In this document: one piece after another, positions 25,079-37,107 of the stretch
Numbering within the stretch: position 1 is the stretch's first letter
Layout of the letters: each line of letters begins with the position of its first letter
Assembly (NCBI GenBank): GCA_043228905.1
Contig: JBHGNT010000001.1
Coordinates: 20,646,001-20,710,000, forward strand
Direction: 5' to 3'
Length of the DNA stretch: 64,000 nt
From: Azolla caroliniana
Taxonomy: Eukaryota > Plantae > Polypodiophyta
Notes under the pieces: model-generated
Databases searched by the model: none
What the model was told of the DNA's origin: nothing
The model's input: only the letters and a program-made list of their open reading frames with translations
Made by a program: the position numbers and the translations under genes

Positions 25079-28000
25079 GTGGTCGGTCAGATTCGGAAAG
25101 AGTGCGCGAATTTCGCAGAGGCACTCCGGGCTAACGTGGTGTACCTCTAGAATGGGCGGGTGCATGCCGAAGACATGTGGAAAGCCCTAGAGTTGAACAC
25201 CGGGTGCGGCGGGATGAAGCGCTTGATGGAAGAAGCCGCGGCGTGACACGCAGAGACCGTCCACTACTCTGCGTCAGCGGGTATACGGGTTGGGGGTGAC
25301 GAGGGCCGGAAGGCGAAAGACTCTGGATTCTGGCCGCTGGTGCTAGAAGTCCTCTCCGGGGTAAAACTAAAGAAGGAGGAGGCGGACCACGCGGAACAAC
25401 GGATCTGGGAGGTCACCGGATGGGACGATCCGGTCGAAGAGAAGACGGGCTTCGTGGAAGCCGTGTGCTAGAACTACGAGGTTTTGGTGGAAGACAAGTG
25501 CGCGGGAAAGACCGCGGGGGCTGGACCCTCACAACAGTATGAGACCCGGTTCGGGCCGAAGCAGAATGATTTCGATGCATTCGGCACACCGGACAAGGCC
25601 AAGAAAGCCGGTTACCGGTTGAGTACAGAGATCGAAAGGACCATGGACCTACGAAAGGTTCTCGAGGAATGGATCCTTGACAGCAAAGTGGAGTTGTCGC
25701 TTAGGTAAGTGCTCGGTATCGCCAAGAAGGAGTTCCACGACTCCATCGTAGACTTGGTGAAACGGAAAAGGCTTTAGACGAAGCCGGAGCCGGAGAAGCC
25801 GATGGAGGTGCAAACGACGCAGCTAGAAGACATGGCCCTGGAGGACGAGTTGGCGGAAAGCCACTACTCGAGGCTACATTGGGCTAGGGCCACTACGGAA
25901 ACCCTTGTTCGGATCGGGGACGTCCAGGAGCAGGTGGTGGCATTGGTAGACCATGGTTCGGAGATCAACTTGATGTCTATGGACTTCTACAAGAAGGGAA
26001 AGTGGCCGATCAACACCAAGCACGGGTGGAAGATACGGGTAGCAATGCGCACCACGAAGGAGCTACACGGAGCCTACCCGAATGTACGAGTGAAAATCGG
26101 CGATGTCGAGATCGATCAACACTTCTTCGTGCAGGAGACGTCCTCGCATCCGATGATACTCGGAGAACTGTACATCATGGCGGCGCACATGGAGACGAAG
26201 GTGATGGACAACGGTTCGGCGTATGCCCGAGTCAAAAGCCAGGATGGGCGTCACTGCATTCAGTTTCTGAAGCGGTGAGGGAGTTTGGACGAGCAACAAC
26301 GAGATGAGAGTCGGCGCAACAAGTGGTTGAGCGAGTGGTCGAAAGAGTCGCTCTTTTCAACGGGGACAAGGTCCCATTTTACTTGGAAGCCTACAATGCG
26401 GAAATGGAGGAGCGAGATGTAGCCGACGCGTTGAGGCTGGAGTTCTTCTGTCGGGTCGTCGTCATCTGTAAGCACGCAGAAGTGAAGGCGCTCCGAGAAG
26501 CTCATAGTTTATGGGAGGCCTTCAAAGAGGCGCTCCTGCAGGCGTATGGGGGATGGCGGAAGAGCCGGGGACGACGCGGCTTCGACCAGTGGGTAGCATC
26601 GGCAAAGACCCACCGGGGCGCAACGAAGGCATTCCGAGAGTTCGAGCGACGACTTGCTCGGCTCCTGGAGTAGGAACCGACCGAACCACGAGACCCTCGG
26701 CGGTGAAAGCCGAGGGGATTTTTAGAGAGGGCGATAGTCCGGACACTCCGGAAAAACCCCACACATGTACACTAGGAAGAAGAACCTGTAACATAGGTAG
26801 GAAGTTTTGGTTCTCCGACAATGGAGGTTGTACAATAGCCGGCGTCGTTGGCTAAGAGAAGAAGCGGGCAGAAGAGTGACTCAGGGCATGCAGAGTCCTC
26901 GCCCCCAAAGAGGACATCAATGGAGTCGTGGAGGCGGTCTCTCTTTACGACACCTTGGGGAAGTTATGGAAGATGTTCGGAGAGGGTCTTAGTGAAGACC
27001 AGACGATTCTGGTATGTTCGGAAAAGATGTACGAAGTCATCGCCAACTTCGGTTGAGGACTCGAGTCGGATTGGACGGCCCGAGTGGATATGAAGTACAA
27101 GACTGTGGACCGGAAGGTGAGGCTAGTCGCGGCACCCTTGCCGGAGGGCAGCGAGTTACGGATGAAGGGGGTTACGTCAGACCCGAGTTTACGAGATTCG
27201 GCTGCCATAGGATACCGATTCACCGACATAACGCTACGAGAGCTCAAGGTCGGTGGGGGTGGCTTTCTACTGCCGACGGAGGAGGACTGGTTTCAGAGAA
27301 TGCTCGGGAGGCACGAAAAGGCCTTCGCATTCTCGCTGGAGGAGATCGGGTGCGTAGATCTGATGATTGTGGAACCAATGGTGATCTTCATGGTACCGCA
27401 TGTACCGTGGAATCTCAAACCGATTCCAGTACCCAGAGCTCACATCCCGAAGCTGATGGAGTTGCTAAAACAGAAGGTGGATATGGGCATCCTCGAACCG
27501 TCGAGTGCCCCGTATTCTAATCGGTGGTTTACCGTGCCCAAGAAGAACGGCATGCTGCGCTTCATTTAGGACCTGCAACCAGTCAACAAGGTGACCATTC
27601 GGAAAGCAGGAATTGGACCAATCATAGATGAGTTCGCGGAGGCCTTCGTTGGAAGGTCAATTTACTGGGTCGGTGATCTGTACTCGGGATACGATAAGTT
27701 CCAGCTAGCCGTGAAGAGCAGGGACATTACGACGTTGCAGACTCCTCTCAGCTTAGTACGCATGTGTACCCTTCCGCAAGGAGGGACGAACTGGGTAGCC
27801 CACATGGTGAATGCAATGAACAAAGTGCTAAGGGATTGTATCCTGGACATCACCATGCCATTCTTAGACGACATCCCGATCAAAGGATGCCCGGTGGAGG
27901 ATAAGGACGAGACAATCAGACCGGATGGATGCCGGAAATTTGTGGCGGACCACATCGATGACTGCGAGAAGGTGCTGCAAAGACTAGAGGGCGCGAGGCT

Positions 28001-29106
28001 CACCTTCTCCGGGGAAAAATTGGCCTTCGAGCAATCGGAGATCATGGTCGTCAGACACCTATGCTGGCCATTCGGTCGAAAACCGTCGCCGGCCAATGTA
28101 GAGGCCATCTCCGCGATGAAGCGCGACTGCAATTCGGTCACGGAAGTCCGGAGATTCTTGGGAGCATGCGCGTTCTACCATATCTGGATCCCGCATTACG
28201 CCCACGTCACGGAGCCGCTCTATGGATTGCTGAAGAAAGGGCGTAAATTCGAGTGGAGAGAGGAGCATCTAGAGTCGGTCCGGAAAATGAAAGAAGCACT
28301 TGCTACAGCGCCGACACTCCGGAAAGAATTCTACGGTAAAGACATTTCGATTTACATGACCGTAGACATGAGTCCGACCGGAATCGGATGGGTGATCAAC
28401 CAGGAGGATTAGAATGGCACGAGGTTCCCCATCTGGTTCGGCACGAAAGTCCTCAGTGAACGACAACGAGGGTACGCCTAGGTTAAACGCGAACTCTGGG
28501 TATCATTTCGGCGGTCAAGGCCGACAAAGACTACCTAATCGGGACGGAGGTGATAATTGAGATGGACTGCCTACCGATTCTCGGTATTATTTCCGGATGC
28601 GCGACGCCAGACCTGGCGAAGAAAGAGGAACAGGTGGAACTACTGATGGCGTACCACGAGAGTCTTTGGGCCGGACACCGCGGGACATGGGCTACATTCG
28701 AAAAGCTGAAGGGGAAGTACTGGTGGCTGGGACTATACAGGGACGTGCATCGGTTCGTGACGGCTTTCAAAAGCTGTCATATGCACTCCATAGTCTGACA
28801 TCGGGACGAACTCCACCTGACCTACCCTCCGACCGTCCACTTCAAGTGGATGGTGGATCTGGTGACGATGCCGATGGGGGTAGGGCAGATGCGATATCTA
28901 GTGCTGGCTCGAGAGGACCTGACGAACCAGGTGGAAGGTTGAGCGTTGCCAAATAAAACAACAACGGTCGTGTGCCGATTTCTGATCGAAGAAGTGGTAT
29001 GCCGGTACGGGCGTAGGAAAGATCGTAGCCAACCGCGGAGAACTGGACGCACAAGCGGCTGAAGAGTTGTTTGCCCGGCTAGGGGTTAAACTCTCGCTCA
29101 CCACGG
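25079..29106 (+). mobile_element. Ty3/Gypsy element D, internal region, truncated at both ends
   Basis: PR (LVDHGSEINLM), RT (PHVPWNLKPIP, DLYSGYD, FLDDIPIKG), RNaseH (RELW, DCLPILG), IN (HESLWAGHRG, KWMVDLV). Internal deletion at ~28617. Foreign gag piece at ~26278-26677. Confidence 0.93.
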
Positions 29107-30279
29107 TGTCGTGAAGATCCGTCACTACGCGCGGATCGTGAGACGGAACCGCCGGGGTTCGGGACCGGAAGGATTCAAAGTCGGTACAAGCTTTGGCGAG
29201 AAAGTACTTAAGATAGATTGGGAAAGAGAGAAGTTGAGATTAAACGATTGAGAGAGATTGATTGAACTTTTATCTTTGGATTTAAGAAACAAGTTACACC
29301 CTCAATTTGATAACGAATTTCTTCTTCTTAATTTCATAATAAAAAAAACGTGTTTTTTCTCCTCCCCCTTCCTTCTTTTATAGATGCTCTCATGCATATG
29401 ACGCATGTGAGGGTACAAGACATGCATAAATTGCATGTTTGCCATTTGGCGCTTATGTATTACATGTGGTGCATGATAACCATGTCACTCATTTTAGCTC
29501 TCATGTATGAGAATTTACATGTAAAACTACAATGATAGAAATATAAAATCAACTAAATGGCATGGCTTAATGGTAAGCCAATTGACTCCTAACTTGGAGG
29601 TGCAAGGTTCGAATCCTTACTTGCCCTCCTTGTATATGTATATGTATAAAAATATGTATATGTATATATATTTATATATTTATTTATCTAGTCGCCGGAC
29701 GCCGGTTCATCGGATGCCGGGGCCTCGCCGGTTGCCGCCGGATACCAGTGCCGTCACCGGTTGTCGCCGGATACCGGTGCTGCCGCCAGATACCGATGCC
29801 GTGCCGGTTGCTACCGGATACCGGTGCCACTGCCGGATGCCGTCGTCTCACTGGCGCCGAATGCCGCTGGATCACCGGCTCCATCCCCGGTCCGGTTTTG
29901 GTTGGCCAAAACCCTTTACGAGTAGTTAGCCCACCTCCACTCTTAGTTCAAGTTACCTTGAACTCTCTATGCTCCGCACATAGACACAAAGATAATATCT
30001 TTTGCTCTACCTTATATATGATGAGAGCCATATTAGTCGTGCCTATGTGAGATATCTCACAATTTTCTCTTTTCCTTTCACAAACTTTATACCCTCATAT
30101 CTTGACATTTAGTTGTCCGTTTCTCGTGTAATAAAGTGCATTCGAAACCTCCATCATTTTGTACTTAGATATTAAATTTATTTAAAATGTTATCTTCACA
30201 ATTATTGTCTTATGTGATTCATACTCGATTTCGTACGTTTTATGGGATTTTCACACTATTGCCAAAAATCTTCACGACA
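29107..30279 (-). repeat. 3' LTR of Gypsy B (1173 bp)
   Basis: Perfect terminal inverted repeat tgtcgtgaaga...tcttcacgaca. Second copy starts at 34613. Confidence 0.95.
29558..29627 (+). ncRNA. tRNA-like sequence (Pol III A/B boxes) embedded in the Gypsy B LTR; second copy at ~35063-35131
   Basis: tggcttaatggtaagcca (D-arm/A box) ... ctcctaa loop ... caaggttcgaatcctta (T-arm/B box). Acceptor and anticodon stems are imperfect, so this is not called a functional tRNA. Confidence 0.5.
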
Positions 30280-33200
30280 TCCACCCCCACCAAACCGCAC
30301 GTCCTCCGGTACGTGCCAAGAAGAGAGAAAGTGAGATTTCGGCTACGATGATGAATTAGATTCCTCCATGTCTTCATTTACATCCGCCCTATTATGTTCA
30401 TCGTCGAGGTAATCGAGGTCAGGATCCTTATCTTGTCTTTTCTTGAAAATCTTTACTCTTTTTCCCGCAATGGGTACGACCAACCTTGATCCGTCTAGTT
30501 CCGCAAGGTGGTATGTGGCATTATCGTTGGCACTTGTCACCACATACGGCCCGAACCATCTTCATGCAAACTTCCTTGTTGTACTGTGTTGATTGTCAAG
30601 GGTGCTGTCGTAAACCAAAACCCAATCCCCTTCTTCAATCTTCTTGGGACGAAGTCGATGCGTGTTGTCGAACCAAACTTTGTTCTTTACTCGGGCTTCC
30701 TTCATCATCTTTCGCGCTTTTTCTAAATCTTCCGGTCTTCTTTCAAGCTGCCTTATCCGCGCTGCTAATAACTCTTCTCGGCTCATCTCGTTCTCCCACG
30801 GTATCGCTACCCATGAGGAGATCGTCCTTTCGGTGGGCATAATCGGTTTTTGTCCATACATAAGCTCCGTCGGCATATACCCTGTCATCGAGCTATGTGT
30901 CATTCTATCGGCCCACAAGGCATAGGGTAATAGTCGTGGCCAATTCCGACTCGACTGTTGCATGCCCGTACGATGGCTTTAACGATAGGTCCATGCCCTC
31001 GCTCGATCTTCCCATTTGCTTCCGGATTGTAGGCAGTCGTGAGGGAGAGCTTCACACTTAGACTTTCGAAGAGCTCCGTCGCTTCGTGCGCATCCAACTC
31101 CCCTCGGTCGGCCACTATCTTCCCTACACATCCATATCGGCAAACAACATCTTCAAGTAGAAATTTGCAAACGGCTGAAGTCGTCTTATTTGTCAAGTAC
31201 TTCATTTGTCCCACTCCCATTGGCATCGAGACCAGATCCACCATCCATTTGAAGTGTATGGTGAGTGGGTATGTCGGCTTTAACTCATCACGATGACGTA
31301 TATTTGAATATATTTGGCAAGTTTCGCATGTGGACACGAAATGGAGTACATCTTTGTACATGCTTGGCCACCAGTACTTCTCCTTCAACTTTTCGAACGT
31401 CGCCCATGTTCCTCTATGACCTGCCCAAGCACTCTCGTGGAATTCGGTCATCAGCGTCTCTTGCTCTTCTTTCTTTACCACCACTCGACGTGGTATTCCT
31501 GTCCTTCTTTTTGGATGTCGCCAAAGGAATCCTCCCTTCAAGAAGTATCGGTAAGCATTCGACGGAGCATTCGACGGTTCTAGAATTCCCATACTCACCT
31601 TCTCCTTTAAGAGCTCGATCAGCTTCGGAAGGTGTGCTCTCGGAACCGGTATCGGTTTCAAATTCCAAGGCACATGAGGCACCGTGAAGATCACCATCGG
31701 CTCTATAACCTTTGGGTTGGCGCATCCGATTTCTCATGGGAAGAATGCGAAAGCCTTCCCATGTCTCTCAAGCATATTGCGAAACATTCGCTCCTCTTCA
31801 GGGAGAAGGAAATCCTCCTTTCCAACTCGTAGCTTCCCCTTCGTCTCTTTGGTGAAGACATGACCTATCTTCTTCAGATCTCTTAAGCTTGGATCGTTAG
31901 CGACTTCCTTCATCTTTTGCCAGCTATCTTCCGGTAGCGGAGCCACAACTAGCTTGATCTTCTTATCCACCGTTTTATATTTCGTGTTGATGTCAGCTTC
32001 CTTCATCGAGATGCCACGACGGTATTCATCGATGATAGCGTACATGTTGACGGAGTTAACCGAAATCACGCGTTGGTTGTGAAGATAGCTCAAGTCCACG
32101 ACGTCCTCAATTTTGCCAATGGTGTCGTTAAATGAGGCTTCTTCCATAATATGAGTCACAAACTCTCCTTCTTCTATTATGTTTTCTTCTTTCAGCATCT
32201 TCTCGAATTCTTGTATCCGGCGCTTGTGCTTCTTGTCGGGTAGTACTAGTTTACATGCGCCACTAGGTGTGACACATATTGCTTCTCCTCACAATCCGCG
32301 CACTCTTCTTTCTTGTGGGGTCTTCTGATTGCTCGGACTATTTGTACCCCATGCTTCAATAGACCGCTCTAAAAATCTGAGGATTCGCCTCTGAGACTAT
32401 CTCGATTCCTTTCATGATTGGCTCACACCATTAGGAATTGGACCGATCTTTTGTTGTCAAGACTCTTTATTCGTGCGAAGGCTGCTCCATTATCGAACAC
32501 TTTGGTCTCCATCCGAGATGATGTGATATAAGGTTGCCCTAGGATGACAGGATGCGACGCCGATTCTTGTACGAAGAAGTGTTGATTCATCTCCACATCC
32601 CCGATCGTGACTTTGATATTGGGACAAGCTCCGTACAAGTCCTCCGTAGACTTTGTTGCCGCGCGAATCTTCCATCCGTGGTTTGTATTGATTGGCCACC
32701 TTCCTTTTTTGTAGAAGTCGGTTGACATGAGGTTAATCTCCGAGCCGTGGTCGATCAAGGCCACCACGGTCTCTTTCTTCTCCCCGATCTTCACCGGCAT
32801 CTCCGTTGTCGCTCGTGCCCAATGAGGTCGAGTATAGTGGTTGTCCACCATATCTTCATCGACTTCGTCTCTTGCCATCGTTATGGCATTCGTTTTTGCT
32901 TTTTGCGTCTTCTCTTCTTCCTCGTCCGATTGTTGTCTCTTTCTCTTTACAAGGTCCACGATCATGTCATGGAACTCCGTCGTAATGCCAAGCAATTCCC
33001 TCATGGAAAAAGTTACGTGGCTATCAAGAATTCGTTCTTCGAGAATCTTCTTTAGGTCCGTCGTCTGCTCTATGTCTGACCTTAGCTTATAGGTAGGTAT
33101 AGTCCTTGTCCTCCGAGCGGGGTCTTCGACACCAATCTTCACGGGCCGAACCGTTTCTTCAACTCGTATGCTCGGCTCCCCTTTTCGGCTTGATTCTCGT

Positions 33201-34587
33201 TCCTCCATTTGTAAAGGTCGACTCGTCTCCGCGTTCCTTGTTTCATGTCTTTTTTATGGGCCTTGCTCTTCTATTCTCTTTCTCTTTTCTTCGATGAACA
33301 CCTCGTGGTTGTCGCACATCACCTCTGTGAGTATAGTGTTGTCGTCCACCGGATCCGATCACTCGGTTATGCTTTGCACGCTTCGGTCTGCAAGCTCTAC
33401 CTCGTTCGATGTGACTTTTCCCTTCTTCTCATATTCGAGAACGGAAGTCCAAAACTTTGCTCCCGCTCTAGCAGCTTCAGTCTTGTCTTTCCCAACTCTT
33501 ATTCCGGCCGATGCAGCATAGTGCATCGCATCCACATGAGTCGCATCGGCATCCTCCATAGATTTATTCATTCCTCCTCTTCCGAAATTCACCCGTAGGG
33601 GTCTTCTAGTCTCACTTGAGCAGATCATGTTGTCCTCTATGCATACGATATTTTGTCGAATCGCCTCTCGAAGGCTCGCACAATCCCTTCTCATGTCGTC
33701 CATGTTATCGCACCACACGCATCTAAAGGGTTCTTTTCCTTTAGGGCCCCAATGATTCATGTTGGCTAGCGTGACCTTCTCGAACTTCTTCGCTAGCTCT
33801 TCAATGATGTCGTCATCAATCTTTTTTTCTTCCACAATACTTTGTCTTGGCGGCTCAACTACTTTTGGCGGTCTTGATTTCTCTGTGGTAGTCGATCCCG
33901 TCAAGTCGGTGTCATCAACCCATTGGCGACGCTTGTGGAGCCTATTGCATGCCCCTTTCACCGCGATCCAGTCCGCTACGAGCCCATTTGATTGGGTATC
34001 ATCTTCGAGAAGAGTCCCCAACTCCCGTCTATCCTTTATGTCCACGGCCTTCAAGAAGTACAAAGTCTTGTCCTCTTCAAGCAACACTTGGTCCGTATTG
34101 GGGAGACGACTAAACATCTGGTCGAATTCGTCGTACACCCTCGAGACGCTCATCTTCTTATTCTTCTTCTTTATCCACTTCATCAGGGCATGTCGAGTCA
34201 TCCTCGTTGAGTCTTCAGTCACGAACTCCGCTAGTATCGTTTTCTCGAACTCGGACCATGTTGTCTTACCTTCTTGAAGCTCGATGACGCGTCTTTGGAT
34301 GTTGTTGGCGACAACTCTCTTGAAGCTTATGATTTGACGTGCCTCGAACACGTCCCTCTGATTCATCTCCCTTCTATATGCATCAAGGAACTTCGTAACG
34401 TTCCTTCCATCGAATTGGCCCTCGAGCTCTACAACACGATCGACAGCCTTCTCCACGCTCGCGTCGTTGCTCGAGATTTCATCATTTGCTCGACGATTAG
34501 CATCATCCTTTCGAGCTCTCCCGCTTGGTTGCTTGAGGACGCCATCTCCAAGTATTAATCTCAACTTGATCCTTCCTACCGCCTCTT

Positions 34588-34604
34588 TCACATCGGGTTC
34601 ACCA
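34588..34604 (-). promoter_or_regulatory. Primer-binding site complementary to the tRNA-Trp 3' end (TGGTGAACCCGAtGTGA)
   Basis: 8 nt inside the 5' LTR boundary. Matches my recollection of the plant tRNA-Trp 3' end ...TCACGTCGGGTTCACCA with one C>T change. Related site at 40383-40399. Confidence 0.75.
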
Positions 34605-34612
34605 CTTAATTA

Positions 34613-35400
34613 TGTCGTGAAGATCCGTCACTACGCGCGGATCGTGAGGCGGAACCACCGGGGTTCTGGACCGGAAGGATTCAAAGTCGGTACAAGCTTT
34701 GGCGAGAATGTACTTAAGATAGATTGGGAAAGAGAGAAGTTGAGATTAAACGATTGAGAGAGATTGATTGAACTTTTATCTTTGGATTTAAGAAACAAGT
34801 TACACCCTCAATTTGATAACGAATTTCTTCTTCTTAATTTCATAATAAAAAAAACGTGTTTTTTCTCCTCCCCCTTCCTTCTTTTATAGATGCTCTCATG
34901 CATATGACGCATGTGAGGGTACAAGACCTGTATAAATTGCATGTTTGCCATTTGGCGCTTATGTATTACATGTGGTGCATGATAACCATGTCACTCATTT
35001 TAGCTCTCATGTATGAGAATTTACATGTAAAAGTACAATGATAGAAATATAAAATCAACTAAATGGCATGGCTTAATGGTAAGCCAATTGACTCCTAACT
35101 TGGAGGTGCAAGGTTCGAATCCCTACTTGCCGTCCTTGTATATGTATATATGTATATTTATATATTTATTTATCTAGTCGCCGGACGCTGCTTCATCGGA
35201 TGCCGTCGGTTACTGGTGCCTCGCCGGTTGCCGCCGTCGGTTGCTTCCGGATACCGGATGGCGTCGTCTCACCAGCGTCGGATGCCGCCGCCGGATACCG
35301 GTTTGCCGCCAGATCACCGGCTCCATCGCCGGTCCGGTTTTGGTTGGCCAAAACCCTTTATGAGTAGTTAGCCCACCTCCACTCTTAGTTCCTTGAACTC
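34613..35400 (-). repeat. 5' LTR of Gypsy B, truncated
   Basis: Matches 29107-~29965, then breaks into RNaseH sequence of Gypsy C. Confidence 0.9.
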
Positions 35401-36296
35401 TCCCACCTCCACTCTTAGTTCCTCGTTGACTTCTTCGTCATCCGAAACCATGTCGTCTTCGTCGTTGAACCTTGCTCTCGAAAGCATGTCGGCCATGGCG
35501 TTATCCTTTCTGGAGATGTGCCGTATCTCCGGGTTTAGGGACTTAATGTACGCTATCCACCGGAGCATTGCTAGGTCCGGCGTCGCGCATCCGGAAACCA
35601 TGCCAAGTATCGGTAGGCAGTCCATCTCGACAATCACCTCCGTCCCGATCAGATAGTCCTTGTCGGCCTTGACTGCCGAAACGACACCCCAAAGCTCGCG
35701 CTTAACTTGGGCATATCCTCGCTGCCGCTCGCTCAATACCTTCGCCCCGAACCGGATCAGGAATCGTACACCATCCTTGTCCTCCTAACTGATTACCCAC
35801 CTGATCCCGGTCGGGCTCGTGTCCACCGTCACACAGATGGGAACACCCTTGCCGTAAACTGTTTTACGGAGGGCCGGCGCTACCGTAAGCGCCTCCTTTA
35901 GTCTCTATACCGACTCCGTGTGCTCCGTCCTCCACTCAAAGCTACGCCCCTTTTTCAATAGTCCGTAGAGGGGTTCCGCGACATGCGCGTAGTGAGGAAT
36001 CCAAATGTGGTAGAACGCGCATGCTCCCAAGAATCTGTGGACCTCCGTGACAAACCTGCAATCGTCCCTCATCGCCGAGATGGCCTCCACCTTTGCCAGA
36101 GACGGTTTCCTACCGTACGGCCCGCACAGGTGTCCGACCACCAAGATCTCCGACTACTCGAACGCTGATTTTTCCCTGGAGAAGGTGAGTCGTGCGTCTT
36201 CGAGCTTCTGCAGCACCTTCTCGCAGTCATTTATGTGGTTCACGACGAACCTCCAGCATCCATCTGGCCCGACAGTCTCGTCCGCGTCTTCCACCG

Positions 36297-37107
36297 TGAT
36301 GGGAACTATACATCCCCTATGCGCAATGCTTGGCCACAACCTAGCTTAGAATCGCACACACAAAAAAAACAGGAATGAACGCATGACACAGTGAAGAGGA
36401 GAGTACACAGGATGTTTACGTGGAAAACCCAAACTAGGGAAAAAACCACGGCAGCCCACAGGCTGCAAACTATCACTATGTTACAGTGTACAACAGTAAA
36501 GCACCGAGGCAACAACCTCGAGCTTTCTATCTTCGCCACAGGCGGAGGTTACAACAGAGGCAACGACCTCTTCCTCTCTCTTTCTCTCTCTGTACATAGT
36601 TACGCGCTCTGTCTTCTTGCACCAACAAGAATGAAAACCACTCTATCAAAAGTTTGCCCTAAGTCATATTTATACTAATATGAATTTTTGGCTATTTACA
36701 AATATAGCCACAAGGGACTCTTAGAAAAATATTTACGAATATGTCTCTTCATCCGGAGAGCGCTCCTCATCGGGCCTGCATCATCCGGATCTTGTCGGGC
36801 ACTCGTCATCCGGTTCTCACCGGGTTTGCACCCTCCGGCTCTCCGTAGCCGGGTACTCGTCATCCGGTTCTCACGGGGTCTTCACCATCCGGCTCTCCGT
36901 AGCCGGGTACTCGTCATCCGGTTCTCACCGGGTATGCACCATCCGGCTCTCCGTAGTCGGGTTCTCCTCATCCAGTTCTCACCGGGTCTGCACCATCCGG
37001 CTCTCTGTAGCCAGGTACTCGTCATCCGGTTTCGGGTTTCGGGTTTAGAGTTTGCTCATCAGCACTGTTCTTCTCCCTTCCCATCCGGAGGGACCTGTCT
37101 CCCAACA
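36297..37107 (-). mobile_element. Solo LTR of the Copia B family with 5-bp TSD CACCG, inserted in the Gypsy C RT
   Basis: tgatggga...tcccaaca, with caccg at 36292-36296 and 37108-37112. Splits IKGCPV|EDADETV. Contains ~4.5 copies of a 54-bp repeat (36796-37030). Confidence 0.95.

Larger units (their letters stand above)
29107..35400 (-). mobile_element. Ty3/Gypsy element B with both LTRs; non-autonomous (RT/RNaseH deleted)
   Basis: LTRs 29107-30279 and 34613-~35400 are near identical. PPT ggtgggggtgga at 30280-30291. gag 33359-34591, PR 32423-33208, and an RT start fused directly to IN in ORF 30900-31697. Confidence 0.95.

Noticed and set aside
29558-29627. Functional tRNA gene
   Set aside because: Acceptor and anticodon stems do not pair properly; kept only as a tRNA-like element.
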